Source: Thermodesulfobacteriota bacterium
GTDB taxonomy: Bacteria; Desulfobacterota_D; UBA1144; Nemesobacterales; CSP1-2
NCBI GenBank assembly: GCA_035559815.1
Contig: DATMAT010000057.1
Coordinates: 6,359-70,358 of the forward strand
Length of the DNA: 64,000 nt
Direction of reading: 5' to 3'
The notes beneath the pieces were generated by a model. That model searched no databases, was not told where the DNA came from, and was given only the letters and a program-made list of their open reading frames with translations. Below are positions 1 through 9,667 of the stretch, piece by piece. Each line of letters starts with the position of its first letter. The stretch's first letter is position 1. Made by a program: the position numbers and the translations under genes.

Positions 1-59
1 AGCTACTGAGTATCATTAAGTTAAAACCCCATTTCTGTAGATATAATTTAGAATAAGCT

Positions 60-782
60 ATGAGGACAAGGAATTTCATATTACCGGTCGTTTGTCTTCT
101 TTTTCTGATACCCATTACCTCACTCGCCGGCAAGCTGTATAAGTGGGTCGACGAGAAGGGCGTAACCCATGTTACCGATGACCCGGAAAAAGTCCCTGAA
201 GAGCATAAAGGTTCGATGAAAAAATTCGCCCCTGAAGACAAACTAGACTCATTAACAATCAAAGTTGAAGACATATGGAAGGACATTAAGAGCGAAAAAG
301 TGAAAATCGCCGCCGGGATCGCCGGGTTAATAATCATTACTGCGTTATACAAGCTGCTGAGACGAACAAAACTAAGAACAAACGAAAAGAAAAGGGAGAA
401 ACATCTCCAGGCACTAGAGCAGTCCGGGATAGACGTCCTAGACCTTGCCCAATATCAAAAATACATCGGAGCATTATTGACCAGACAAGGCTTTAATTTG
501 AGGACACCGGAAGGCTCTTTTAACCTCGGTGTTGACCTGATCGCCGAAAAGGATAAGAGCAGGTACGCCGTCCAGATCAAGCGGCAAGCATCTCCCATAT
601 CCGGTGCTATAGTCAACGACCTGGAGAGGGAAAAACACCGGTATGGTTGCGACCGGTCCATGATTATCAGCAACAATTACTTCACCGATGACGCCGTGGA
701 GAGAGCGGGGCCGAGCGGGTGCACACTTATCGACAGGGAAAAGCTCGGGGAGTGGATCCGGCAATTTGGGGAAAAAGCGTAA
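60..782 (+). CDS. Membrane-anchored protein: DUF4124-like N-terminus (KLYKWVDEKGVTHVTDD), one TM helix, and a C-terminal Mrr_cat restriction-endonuclease-like domain
   Basis: There is a signal-like hydrophobic N-terminus and a mid-protein TM segment (IAAGIAGLIIITALY). The C-terminus carries a GVDLIAEK...YAVQIKRQ...ISNNYFTDDA...LIDREKL pattern that matches the Mrr catalytic-domain fold family. Confidence 0.55.
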   Translation: MRTRNFILPVVCLLFLIPITSLAGKLYKWVDEKGVTHVTDDPEKVPEEHKGSMKKFAPEDKLDSLTIKVEDIWKDIKSEKVKIAAGIAGLIIITALYKLLRRTKLRTNEKKREKHLQALEQSGIDVLDLAQYQKYIGALLTRQGFNLRTPEGSFNLGVDLIAEKDKSRYAVQIKRQASPISGAIVNDLEREKHRYGCDRSMIISNNYFTDDAVERAGPSGCTLIDREKLGEWIRQFGEKA

Positions 783-963
783 ATGCTTAAAGTTCTATAG
801 CCACAGAGAGCACGGAGACAAAAAGGTATTTCTGGAAATTATATTTGTTTACTAGTTGTAATCTCTTCCCAACCTAATCTAAAAGAAACTAAAGATAACC
901 TTAAGGAATTGGTATAATATTCGTCTGTTAATCGGAGCTAGTTAATTTTAAGAAATTTCATAT

Positions 964-2655
964 ATGAAAAAGCTGAATAAACCTATAAGAAAAATTCCGG
1001 TAATAAAACCAGGGCTGGGTATCAGAACCATCCCGGAGATGCTGGAGAGTAGTGCTGAGAAATATAAAGACAAAACAGCATTCATGATGCCCAGAAAGAA
1101 CAGGATGTATGAAATCAGCTTCGGTCAGACCCTGGAGTACGTTAAGCGCATTTCCAGGCATCTGAGGGAACTGGGCTTAGGGAAGGGTGACCACATAGCC
1201 ATTCTCGGAGAAAACAGGCCGGAGTGGGGGATAGCCTACTTCTCCGTAGCCTGGGTGGGCGCCACCGCCATCCCTCTTGATGCCAGGGCCTCACCCGACT
1301 CTTACAAGCCGATCCTAAAATTCTCCGGGGCTAAGGCCATAATCTTATCCCGCTCGTTTCTTCCCTACGTTGAATCCATTTCCGACGAATTGGAGCAACT
1401 GAGACATATCATTTTGATGGATGATTTTGAAGATATATACAACCGCTATTCGACCGGGGTGGATAGGGACACGGTTTCGCCTGACGACCTAATGGAAATT
1501 CTATTCACCTCCGGAACAACCGGCGACCCCAAGGGAGTGATGCTGACCCACGGTAACATCATGTCAAACGTGGACGATATCTACAGCGCCATAGAATTCA
1601 ACCCGGAAGATAGCATGTTTTCCATCCTACCTATCCATCACTCCTACGAATGCACTGGTGGGCTTCTCACCCCTTTCTATAACGGTATGAGCGTATTTTA
1701 CGCCAGAAGCCTGAAACCGAACGAAATGATAGAGGACCTGAGGAGTGCTAAGCCGACCCTCTGGCTTAATTCCCCACTGATTCTGGAGAAGCTCTACCAG
1801 CGGATGAATAAAGAGCTATCCAACCAGAAAGGCTTAAGAGCCTTCGTAACCAACATCCTGCCAAAGAGATTGATCGGCAAAAAGATTAAGGAGAGGTTAG
1901 GACTTCAAAGAATAAGGCTTATAGTATGCGGCGGTGCCGCCCTGCCCGGCTGGGTTTCCAGAGGGCTCGAGGAGTTGGGCTTTCCAATCATACAAGGCTA
2001 CGGTCTTTCCGAAGCAGCACCGCTTATAAGCGTTAATCCCCCCTCGAACCCCAATAACGATAGTGTGGGCATGGTCATACCCAGCGATGAGGTCGAGATA
2101 AGGAATATGGACGGCGAGGGAAACGGCGAGATAATCGCCCGCGGGCCGAACATAATGAAGGGGTATTACAAAAACGAAAGGGCTACGGAAGAAGTACTGA
2201 CCCCGGACGGATGGCTACTAACCGGGGATGTGGGCTATTTTGACGAGGAGGGTTACCTATACATAACCGGCAGAAAAAAGTTCGTGATAGTTACCAAGGG
2301 AGGAAAGAACGTATTCCCGGAGGAAATAGAGGAGAAGCTGACAAAATCGCCATACATCGAAGAGGCCCTGGTGTTCAGCCCGGACGATGAGAATATTCAG
2401 GCTATAATCCATCCCAACATGGAGGAGGTCCGAACAAAACTGGGCAGCTTGGGAGAGGAGTTAAGCGATGAAAACGTGTGGAAACTCCTGAAAGAGGAGA
2501 CCAGAAAAGCCAACCGGGACCTGGAGACGTACAAGAGGATTAGGCACTTTGCGGTGAGGTACGAAGAGTTCCCCAAGACCACAACCCGCAAGATCAAAAG
2601 GCATCTCTTCAGGAATGTGAGTTTAGGGCTCGAAACGAAAGTCTTTAGGGATTAG
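964..2655 (+). CDS. AMP-dependent synthetase/ligase (long-chain fatty-acid-CoA ligase-like, ANL superfamily)
   Basis: The AMP-binding signature TSGTTGDPKGVMLTHGNI is present. Also present are GYGLSE, the C-terminal TGD...GRKKF, and a TTTRKIKR lysine motif. Length is 563 aa. Confidence 0.85.
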   Translation: MKKLNKPIRKIPVIKPGLGIRTIPEMLESSAEKYKDKTAFMMPRKNRMYEISFGQTLEYVKRISRHLRELGLGKGDHIAILGENRPEWGIAYFSVAWVGATAIPLDARASPDSYKPILKFSGAKAIILSRSFLPYVESISDELEQLRHIILMDDFEDIYNRYSTGVDRDTVSPDDLMEILFTSGTTGDPKGVMLTHGNIMSNVDDIYSAIEFNPEDSMFSILPIHHSYECTGGLLTPFYNGMSVFYARSLKPNEMIEDLRSAKPTLWLNSPLILEKLYQRMNKELSNQKGLRAFVTNILPKRLIGKKIKERLGLQRIRLIVCGGAALPGWVSRGLEELGFPIIQGYGLSEAAPLISVNPPSNPNNDSVGMVIPSDEVEIRNMDGEGNGEIIARGPNIMKGYYKNERATEEVLTPDGWLLTGDVGYFDEEGYLYITGRKKFVIVTKGGKNVFPEEIEEKLTKSPYIEEALVFSPDDENIQAIIHPNMEEVRTKLGSLGEELSDENVWKLLKEETRKANRDLETYKRIRHFAVRYEEFPKTTTRKIKRHLFRNVSLGLETKVFRD

Positions 2656-2662
2656 CCCTAAA

Positions 2663-4660
2663 TTAATCCTGATTCCGAAACACACCTGTGACCCCGGCGA
2701 TTTTTTCCGGCTCGCCCAGTAGAATTAATATGTCGTTGGCAGCCAGTTGGGTATCTCCACCAGGATTAGGCAAGATGTTCGAGTCCCGGCGAATCGCCAA
2801 AAGGGTGACCCCGTATTTATTTCTAAGCTCGATCTGGGCCAGGGACTTTCCGATTATAGGGGACTTGTCGCTCACCTGAAGCGTGCAAACCTCGACATTG
2901 GGAAAGTGAAAGGTTAAGTCAAACAAGGACGGGGATGACCTGGAAGGACTCCTGAACATTTCGTACCCGTCGGACCTCACCTCGGCGATGAACTTTTCGA
3001 TATCGTCTCTGGGAACAAGGTATTTGGTCAGCACACGGGTAAAGATCTCCACCGAGGTCTCAAATTCCTCCGGAATAACCTCATCCGCGCCTAATTCGTA
3101 CAGGGGATTGACCTCCTGAATAAAGCGCGTCCTGGCAATAATATACACCTTCGGGTTTAGCCTTCGGGCGATGGAGGTCACTTGTCTGGTCGCTGCCGGG
3201 TCGGAGATCGCTATCACCACCACCCGGGCGTCCTTTATACCGGCATGCTCGAGCACTGCCTCTTGAACTGCGTCTCCGTAATAGATGAGTTCTCCCTTCT
3301 CCTGTTCATCCCTGACCGTTTCCGGGTTCATCTCCAGAATTAAATAGGGTATACCCGCAGCTTTGGCCGCACGGGCCACATTCCTGCCATTAACCCCGAA
3401 ACCTATTATGATGAGATGATCTCTGAGGCGCTCCTGGCGGTCGGCAATATCTATCCCCCGGTAAGGGTATAAACCTGATTTTAATCTTTCCGGCAGTGGC
3501 AACCGTGACACAGAATCGGCGATGCGAGGGGCCAGAGCTATGATAAAAGGAGCAGCAGCCATGCTTAACACCGAAACGGAGAGAAAGGTTTGATAGACGC
3601 TACCATCAAGCAAATCGTTTTGAAGACCGGTTCTAGACAATATGAAGGAAAATTCTCCAACCTGGCTTAGGGTCAAACCCACCAGGATGGTGGTACGAAG
3701 CGGAAACCCGATCAAAGCGCTGGCAAACCCGGCGGTGATGGTTTTCAACATCAGCACGCCCAAGGCAATCATTGCTATCAAAAATGGGTGGCTGAAAAGA
3801 AAATCAAGGTCGAGGAGCATCCCGATGGAGATGAAAAAGAAGCTGAGGAATACGTCACGGAAAGGCAGGATGTTGCTTAGCGCCTGGTGGCTGTATTCAG
3901 ACTCGGAAATGATAAGCCCGGCCAGGAATGCCCCGAGGGCTAGAGAGAGGCCGATGCTGGATGTAAGCCAGGCCACCGCAAAGCACATGACCACTATACT
4001 CAACAAGAAAAGCTCCCGGCTCCTAGTTCGGGCAATCTGAAAGAGCAGGCGAGGTACCAGGTAATGGGCGCTTGCCACCACCAATGCGATTACCAGTACA
4101 CCTTTGACCAGAAGATAGAGGAGGGATTGTCCCACATTCTCTACCCCTCTGGAGAGAAGGGGAGTCAACAACATCATAGGAACAACTATCACATCCTGGA
4201 AGATCAAAATAGCCAGGGAAGTACGTCCTTGTGGACTATCAACCTCGGCTCTTTCCTGGAGTAGTTTTAGCACAATGGCCGTACTGCTGAGGGATATAAG
4301 AAATCCCAGAAAAACCGATTCCCCAAACGGTCGACCGAAGAGCTCAGCCACGACGAATACGACCAGTATGGTTATGAACACCTGAAGAGAACCACCTAAC
4401 AATACTGTTTTTCTGATGTGAAGAAGACTTTTCAGAGAAAACTCAATACCGATCGTGAATAGCAGTAGAACAACCCCTATCTCGGCCAGGGTTTCCACTT
4501 CGTGTGACTGCTTTATCAAGGCTAGGCCGTATGGCCCGGCTATCGTTCCGGTCAAGAGAAACCCGACTATGGTGGGCACACGCAGTCGGTGGCATATGAA
4601 GAGAACAAAAATGGAAAGTCCAAATATTATGACTATTTCGCTGAGTAAAGGTATCTGCAT
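2663..4660 (-). CDS. CPA2-family cation:proton antiporter with C-terminal TrkA-N (RCK) and TrkA-C domains (KefB/KefC-like)
   Basis: The N-terminal half is polytopic membrane protein. It is followed by IIGFGVNGRNVARAA (Rossmann GxGxxG of TrkA-N) and a C-terminal TrkA-C-like segment. Length is 665 aa. Confidence 0.85.
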   Translation of the reverse strand: MQIPLLSEIVIIFGLSIFVLFICHRLRVPTIVGFLLTGTIAGPYGLALIKQSHEVETLAEIGVVLLLFTIGIEFSLKSLLHIRKTVLLGGSLQVFITILVVFVVAELFGRPFGESVFLGFLISLSSTAIVLKLLQERAEVDSPQGRTSLAILIFQDVIVVPMMLLTPLLSRGVENVGQSLLYLLVKGVLVIALVVASAHYLVPRLLFQIARTRSRELFLLSIVVMCFAVAWLTSSIGLSLALGAFLAGLIISESEYSHQALSNILPFRDVFLSFFFISIGMLLDLDFLFSHPFLIAMIALGVLMLKTITAGFASALIGFPLRTTILVGLTLSQVGEFSFILSRTGLQNDLLDGSVYQTFLSVSVLSMAAAPFIIALAPRIADSVSRLPLPERLKSGLYPYRGIDIADRQERLRDHLIIIGFGVNGRNVARAAKAAGIPYLILEMNPETVRDEQEKGELIYYGDAVQEAVLEHAGIKDARVVVIAISDPAATRQVTSIARRLNPKVYIIARTRFIQEVNPLYELGADEVIPEEFETSVEIFTRVLTKYLVPRDDIEKFIAEVRSDGYEMFRSPSRSSPSLFDLTFHFPNVEVCTLQVSDKSPIIGKSLAQIELRNKYGVTLLAIRRDSNILPNPGGDTQLAANDILILLGEPEKIAGVTGVFRNQD

Positions 4661-4770
4661 GTAAACAAAAGCTCCTTGAAATCAGGAACAGCTAACCATC
4701 GTGAAATATACGGAGTACGAATAGGTCGGATAAAACAGTAAACAATATAACATTTAAAGCTATCTTCATC

Positions 4771-5355
4771 CTAACTTTTATTCTTCCTTAGAATCTTAAA
4801 AACTTCCATCACCACCAGTATGCTCGATGCCAGGAGGAACAGGAAAAACCATTCCTCGATTGAAACCGGCGAGACTTGCAGAACCTTCTGCATGAACGGG
4901 ACATACATAGCCATGATGTGGATACCCTGGGCCGCAAGAACACCCACCACGAGAAAAACATTCTGCTTTAACGAGATCTTGAACACAGATTGGTATTCCG
5001 AGCGGCAGTTGAATACATGATAATTTTCCAACAAGACCATGAGCAATAAAACTATATTGCGAGCCGCAAATTCCTCCCAACCCGATTCCAACAACCAATA
5101 CCAGACTCCAAAAGATAAAGAGCCCATGACCGCACCGGAGACAAGCGTTTGCTGAACCATCAACCGGTTAAAAATACCCTCGGTCGGTTTACGGGGCGGT
5201 CGCAACATTGCCCCTGGCTCCCCGGGCTCAAAGGCCAGGGCGACGTCCTGAATGCCGTTGGTCACCAGATTAAGCCAGAGAAGTTGCTCTAAAAAGAGTG
5301 CAAGCGGTAAATGGCGACGAGTGTCAAGAAAATGACAAGCAGTCCGGTGATAACG
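4771..5355 (-). pseudogene. C-terminal fragment of a P-type cation-transporting ATPase (5'-truncated remnant)
   Basis: The minus-strand frame reads ...LWLNLVTNGIQDVALAFEPGEPGAMLRPPR, which is the TM6/Cation_ATPase_C signature of P-type ATPases. It is followed by four TM helices. The frame stays open only to 5355 and upstream of about 5340 it decodes to nonsense. The only available start is a GTG at 5265. Confidence 0.6.
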
Positions 5356-5511
5356 TTAACAGAGGAGGATACCGTCGAAGAAGTAGTGAAGAAGATGCTC
5401 CACTATGATATAAACCGTATCCCCATTGTTGATAAAGAGGGAAGACCAGTCGGAATAGTTGCTCGATACGACCTGCTTCGGCTGATTTCACCGGTTAACA
5501 AAACAAGATGA
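5311..5511 (+). CDS. Single CBS-domain protein (possibly a fragment)
   Basis: ITLTEEDTVEEVVKKMLHYDINRIPIVDKEGRPVGIVARYDLLRLI is a canonical CBS beta-alpha-beta-beta-alpha unit. It overlaps the open frame of the ATPase remnant, so one of the two is probably not expressed. Confidence 0.4.
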   Translation: MATSVKKMTSSPVITLTEEDTVEEVVKKMLHYDINRIPIVDKEGRPVGIVARYDLLRLISPVNKTR

Positions 5512-5674
5512 AAAACAATAAGCCTAGCCCAAGTAAAACTCTTTTCTTGGCGTGTTAAAAGTAGTTAAGTGGGTAGGTAAAAGTACTCTACCGAAGTACT
5601 TTTACCTACGGTAAACCTTTTATATTGTCGTCGGCAATCTTTAATGAATTTAAAAGCTTAAATCGGAAAAGTTT

Positions 5675-6115
5675 TCAATGGGCAGGGGCTTCTTCCGTTT
5701 CATGTTCCATCATCTCTTTCCCGTGCTCCATCATTTCCTCGCCTTCCTTCTTCATTTCTTCCGCTGCCTCCTCCATCTTTTCACCGGCTTCTTCCATCGC
5801 TTTACCGGTTTCCTCGGCTGCATCCTTTCCCATCTCGGCGGCATCTTCCATCGCTTCGCCGGCTTTCTCTGCAGCTTCCTCTGCCATTTCCGCCGCATCT
5901 TCAGCCGCACCTACTGCCGCCTTTCCAGCATCTTCCACCATCTCACCGGCTTTTTCTCCAGCTTCTTCCATTGCTTCGCCGGCTTTTTCCGCGCCTTCCT
6001 TCACCGCCTCACCCGCTTCTTCAGTCGGTTTCTCCGCCCTCTCCGGACAGGCGCTCAAACCCACTACAAAAACACCTACCGACAGCACGATAAAAAGCTT
6101 CTTGAAGATTGACAT
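5675..6115 (-). CDS. Acidic low-complexity lipoprotein with tandem roughly 11-aa (A/E/G/K/M) repeats and a Met/His-rich C-terminus
   Basis: The N-terminus is a signal peptide plus lipobox (VVGLSAC). The body is iterations of AGEAMEEAGEKAGE. The C-terminus is EEMMEHGKEMMEHETEE. The two plus-strand ORFs across the same DNA are mirror-frame artefacts of the nucleotide repeats. Confidence 0.6.
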   Translation of the reverse strand: MSIFKKLFIVLSVGVFVVGLSACPERAEKPTEEAGEAVKEGAEKAGEAMEEAGEKAGEMVEDAGKAAVGAAEDAAEMAEEAAEKAGEAMEDAAEMGKDAAEETGKAMEEAGEKMEEAAEEMKKEGEEMMEHGKEMMEHETEEAPAH

Positions 6116-6389
6116 GTCCTACCTCCTCCTTTAAGTATTTTCGCTATTCAATATTGAAAAAAAGCACAAAGTCAGAGCATTATGCAATTTGTGCACTAAT
6201 ATACACCATACCATTCCATTTTGTAAAGGCTTTAACCAACGACATGACCGTCGTCTATTTGCTTCAGAAAATTCGATGTTTAATCAGTCCGGAAAGCCAG
6301 ATAAAATTACAAACTAAGAGTCTTCGTTTAAGTGAATAGGATATCCCGCAGTGCTACTTTAGAGCGAACAACTTTAGGAGGGTCAAGCA

Positions 6390-7169
6390 ATGAAATTAGA
6401 CGGAAAGGTAGCCGTTGTAACCGGGGCGGCAAGCGGCATCGGACTGGCCATAGCCGAGGGACTAGCTAAAGAGGGTGTAAATATAACCATAGCCGATTTG
6501 GACGGTGAAGGAGGGAAGAAGGCTGTAGAGAAAATTCAAAAACTGGGTAGAGACGGTCTTTTCGTCAAAACCGATGTCACCAAGCGCGAGGACTGTAAGA
6601 ATCTAATCGCCGAGACCATGAAGAAGTTTGGTCGAATCGATATTCTGGTCAACAATGCCGGGCTACAGCACGTATCCCCGATCATTGATTTTCCGGAAGA
6701 GAAATGGGACCTGCTCATTGGGGTTATGATTACCGGCCCTTTCCTCTGCACCAAATATGCACTTCCACACATGATAAAACAAAAATGGGGAAGGATAATA
6801 AACATATCTTCCATACACGGGATTATTGCCGCTAAATTCAAATCCGCTTACGTTTCGGCAAAGCACGGCGTGATCGGTCTTACCAAGGTAACCGCGTTAG
6901 AGATGCTAGAACATGGAATAACCGCAAACGCTATATGCCCCACATTCGTGCGTACTCCACTCGTAGATAAACAGATAGACGACCAAGCCAAGGCCCACGG
7001 CATACCCAGGGAAGAAGTGCTCGAAAAGGTAATCCTGGCCGAGGCCCCTATGAAAAGGATGCTCGAACCGGAAGAGGTGGCAGACCTGGTTGTTTATTTG
7101 TCCGGCGAGTCGGCCCGTAACATCACCGGGTCGGCAATAACCATAGATGAGGGATGGACGGCGCAGTAA
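6390..7169 (+). CDS. SDR-family oxidoreductase, 3-hydroxybutyrate dehydrogenase-like
   Basis: TGAASGIGLAIA (cofactor-binding), NNAG, and the catalytic YVSAKHGVIGLTK (YxxxK) are all present. Length is 259 aa with a good RBS. Confidence 0.85.
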   Translation: MKLDGKVAVVTGAASGIGLAIAEGLAKEGVNITIADLDGEGGKKAVEKIQKLGRDGLFVKTDVTKREDCKNLIAETMKKFGRIDILVNNAGLQHVSPIIDFPEEKWDLLIGVMITGPFLCTKYALPHMIKQKWGRIINISSIHGIIAAKFKSAYVSAKHGVIGLTKVTALEMLEHGITANAICPTFVRTPLVDKQIDDQAKAHGIPREEVLEKVILAEAPMKRMLEPEEVADLVVYLSGESARNITGSAITIDEGWTAQ

Positions 7170-7206
7170 AAAGAGATGTCTAAACTCACTTTAGTTGAGG
7201 TTTATA

Positions 7207-8127
7207 TCACCCGGCTCGTCGTTTTATAATGTTCTTACCAGAGACTCGGCGTGTAAATTCTTTGGCGACTTTGAGAAATGCTTGCAAAACAGGAGACTTA
7301 TTATCACGCTTCCAAGCTACATTTAATTCCATCTTTTTCATTGGCTGCCACAGCTCGCGATAAACCACTCCCTCTCTTTTCAAGTCTTTCATCGATTCGG
7401 GAACTAATGATATACCCAATCCCGTTGCAATAAGTCCAAGTATAGTTTGCATCTGGTTTGCTTCCTGTATTACGTTGGGAGTGAAATCGGCATTCTGGCA
7501 AAGTCCAATGATTTGATTGTAAAGACCACAACCTAGATGGCGAGGAAATAAGACAAAAGGCTCGCTTTTTAATGCTCGAAGAGGTATCTTCTGTTTTGCT
7601 GAAAGAGGGTGATTCTCCGGCAGTGCTACGATAATAAACTCCTCCAGTATGGGTTCAAAAGAAAGCTCTTCATCCCGTATGGGTGAAAGAAGAAAACCAA
7701 CTTGAATGTCCTTGTTATGGAGAGCCTCTATGAGTTGAGCGGTAGTCATTTCTTTTAATTGCAGATGAATATCAGGGAATCGCTCTCTGAAAATCTTTAG
7801 AATGTTAGGAATTACATCATATGTAGCAAAACCCTCAAAACCTACCGTAAGCTCACCAATTTCTCCACGGCTTGCACGCTGAGCGGTACGTATAGACTGT
7901 TCGACCCGCTCAAGTATCCTCCGCGCTTCATCGAGAAATGCTCGTCCCGCCTCAGTCAACTCAATTCTGCGTTTAGTCCTGCGGAGAAGTTCAACCCCTA
8001 ATTGTTTTTCCAGTTGGCGTATTTGCTGACTGAGTGGAGGTTGGGCAATATGGAGTCTTTTAGCAGCCTCACCAAAATGCAGTTCTTCAGCGACCGCGAC
8101 AAAGTATCGCAAATGTCTCAATTCCAT
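7207..8127 (-). CDS. LysR-family transcriptional regulator
   Basis: The N-terminal HTH MELRHLRYFVAVAEELHFGEAAKRLHIAQPPLSQQIRQLE is present. A LysR substrate-binding domain follows. Confidence 0.9.
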   Translation of the reverse strand: MELRHLRYFVAVAEELHFGEAAKRLHIAQPPLSQQIRQLEKQLGVELLRRTKRRIELTEAGRAFLDEARRILERVEQSIRTAQRASRGEIGELTVGFEGFATYDVIPNILKIFRERFPDIHLQLKEMTTAQLIEALHNKDIQVGFLLSPIRDEELSFEPILEEFIIVALPENHPLSAKQKIPLRALKSEPFVLFPRHLGCGLYNQIIGLCQNADFTPNVIQEANQMQTILGLIATGLGISLVPESMKDLKREGVVYRELWQPMKKMELNVAWKRDNKSPVLQAFLKVAKEFTRRVSGKNIIKRRAG

Positions 8128-8301
8128 AGCCTCATTATATCATACTTTTAAAGTCTTAATTTATAACGAAAAATATATTGGACTAATATAAACCGCTTAT
8201 ATAAAATCTAAGCAGACTAAGGCTCTTAACAAATAATCCGAATAAGTATAGAAGTTTTCATTTGAGATTAAATAAAAACAATAGCAAGGGAGAGTAAAGA
8301 G

Positions 8302-8673
8302 ATGACTGATGAAGAAAGAAAATCCATAGCTTCGGAGTATCTAAAGAGGCTTGATAGAGGTGAAGATTTCTTCGAGCTTTTTGACGAAAATGCCGAGGTA
8401 TTCTTTCCCAGGTCGGGCGTCGCGGTAGGGGCTGATGCATACAAGAAGCTCTTCTCCGATTTAGCGGCGAAGGTGAAAAGGTTCAGGCATCATCATGCCT
8501 ATTTAAACTGGATAATTCAGGGCGACATGGTCGTGGCTGAAGGATCGAGCGAGGGAGAATTAAAGACCGGAGAAAAATGGACTGACAGCAAATGGTGCGA
8601 TGTATTTGAGATTAGGAACGGCAAGATTCAACGTCTCTACATATACCTGGACCCGGAGTACTCCAGATATTAA
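8302..8673 (+). CDS. SnoaL/NTF2-like small protein
   Basis: 123 aa; the RLDRGEDFFELFDENAEVFFP opening and overall pattern fit an NTF2-like fold. It sits opposite the LysR gene, a typical divergent pair. Confidence 0.45.
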   Translation: MTDEERKSIASEYLKRLDRGEDFFELFDENAEVFFPRSGVAVGADAYKKLFSDLAAKVKRFRHHHAYLNWIIQGDMVVAEGSSEGELKTGEKWTDSKWCDVFEIRNGKIQRLYIYLDPEYSRY

Positions 8674-8817
8674 TGAAGTGCATATTGCAAAAACAGAGCA
8701 CAAAGCTGTGCCTGTATACAAAAGCTGATTCCCCATAGAAGTATCCAAGCAAGATCAAAGACGACGAAGGATAAAATAAGTTGCTAAAAAAATATCTAGC
8801 ATAAGGAGGAAAGTATT

Positions 8818-9537
8818 ATGATATACCCTGAGATTAAGACGAAACTTTTTCTAGTTGTTTTGCTTTTCCTGGTTTCTACAAGCGCCTGGGCGCAAAAGCC
8901 ATCTCCCAGAATGCTGACACCAACCAACCATATATTAATTCTAATCGACCATCAGCCCCAGATGGCTTTTGCCACCAAGTCAATCGATATCGTGGAGTTG
9001 AGGAATAACGTAACCGGACTGGCCAAAGCAGCCAAGGTTTTTAACGTTCCGGCTATATTAACGACAGTAGCAGAAAAAACCTTTAGCGGCCCTATGTTTC
9101 CGGAAATCATGGCTGTCTTCCCCGACCAGCAACCCATAGACAGGACCACAATGAACACCTGGGAGGATGATAGGGTAGTTAAAAAGGTAAAAGAGTTTGG
9201 TAAGAAGAAATTGGTGATCGCAGCTTTGTGGACTGAGGTATGCGGAGTTGGCCCGGTACTTTCTGCAATTGATGAAGGTTATGAAGTTTATTTCGTTACC
9301 GACGCATCCGGTGGTGTAAGTGACGATGCGCATAACATGGCCATAGAAAGAATGGTACTGGCAGGCGCCATCCCGATTACCTGGCTTCAGTACATGCTGG
9401 AATTACAACGGGATTGGGCAAGACAAGAAACTTATGCGGCTGTTACTGGTATTGCAAAAGAACACGGCGGCGGTTATGGGCTTGGAATAATTTATGCCAA
9501 GGAAATGTTCGGTGCAGAGGAAGGTAAAAACCAGTAA
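8818..9537 (+). CDS. Secreted isochorismatase-family (cysteine hydrolase) protein
   Basis: A signal peptide is present. LILIDHQPQMAF and VCGVGPVLSAIDEGYEVYFVTDASGG (catalytic Cys) match the isochorismatase fold. Confidence 0.75.
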   Translation: MIYPEIKTKLFLVVLLFLVSTSAWAQKPSPRMLTPTNHILILIDHQPQMAFATKSIDIVELRNNVTGLAKAAKVFNVPAILTTVAEKTFSGPMFPEIMAVFPDQQPIDRTTMNTWEDDRVVKKVKEFGKKKLVIAALWTEVCGVGPVLSAIDEGYEVYFVTDASGGVSDDAHNMAIERMVLAGAIPITWLQYMLELQRDWARQETYAAVTGIAKEHGGGYGLGIIYAKEMFGAEEGKNQ

Positions 9538-9558
9538 GGCTAACCAATATGAAAGGGT

Positions 9559-9600
9559 CATGTGCAAAATGGGGGCACATGCCTCGTTGTTTTAGTATTT
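9559..9600 (+). terminator. Intrinsic terminator after the isochorismatase gene
   Basis: The hairpin is CATGTGC-aaaatgggg-GCACATG. It is followed by cctcgTTGTTTTagTATTTTT. Confidence 0.5.
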
Positions 9601-9667
9601 TTCTCAGCCATGGCGAAGCTTAGGGGTTCAAAATTTTGAGCCCCTATTAAAAAACAAGGAGACAGAT

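Noticed and set aside
5625-6134. Plus-strand ORFs (169 and 144 aa) overlapping the acidic lipoprotein gene
   Set aside because: They are low-complexity Ser/Ala/Phe or His/Phe/Leu translations of the same nucleotide repeats. The minus-strand frame has a signal peptide, a lipobox and an RBS, and the others do not.
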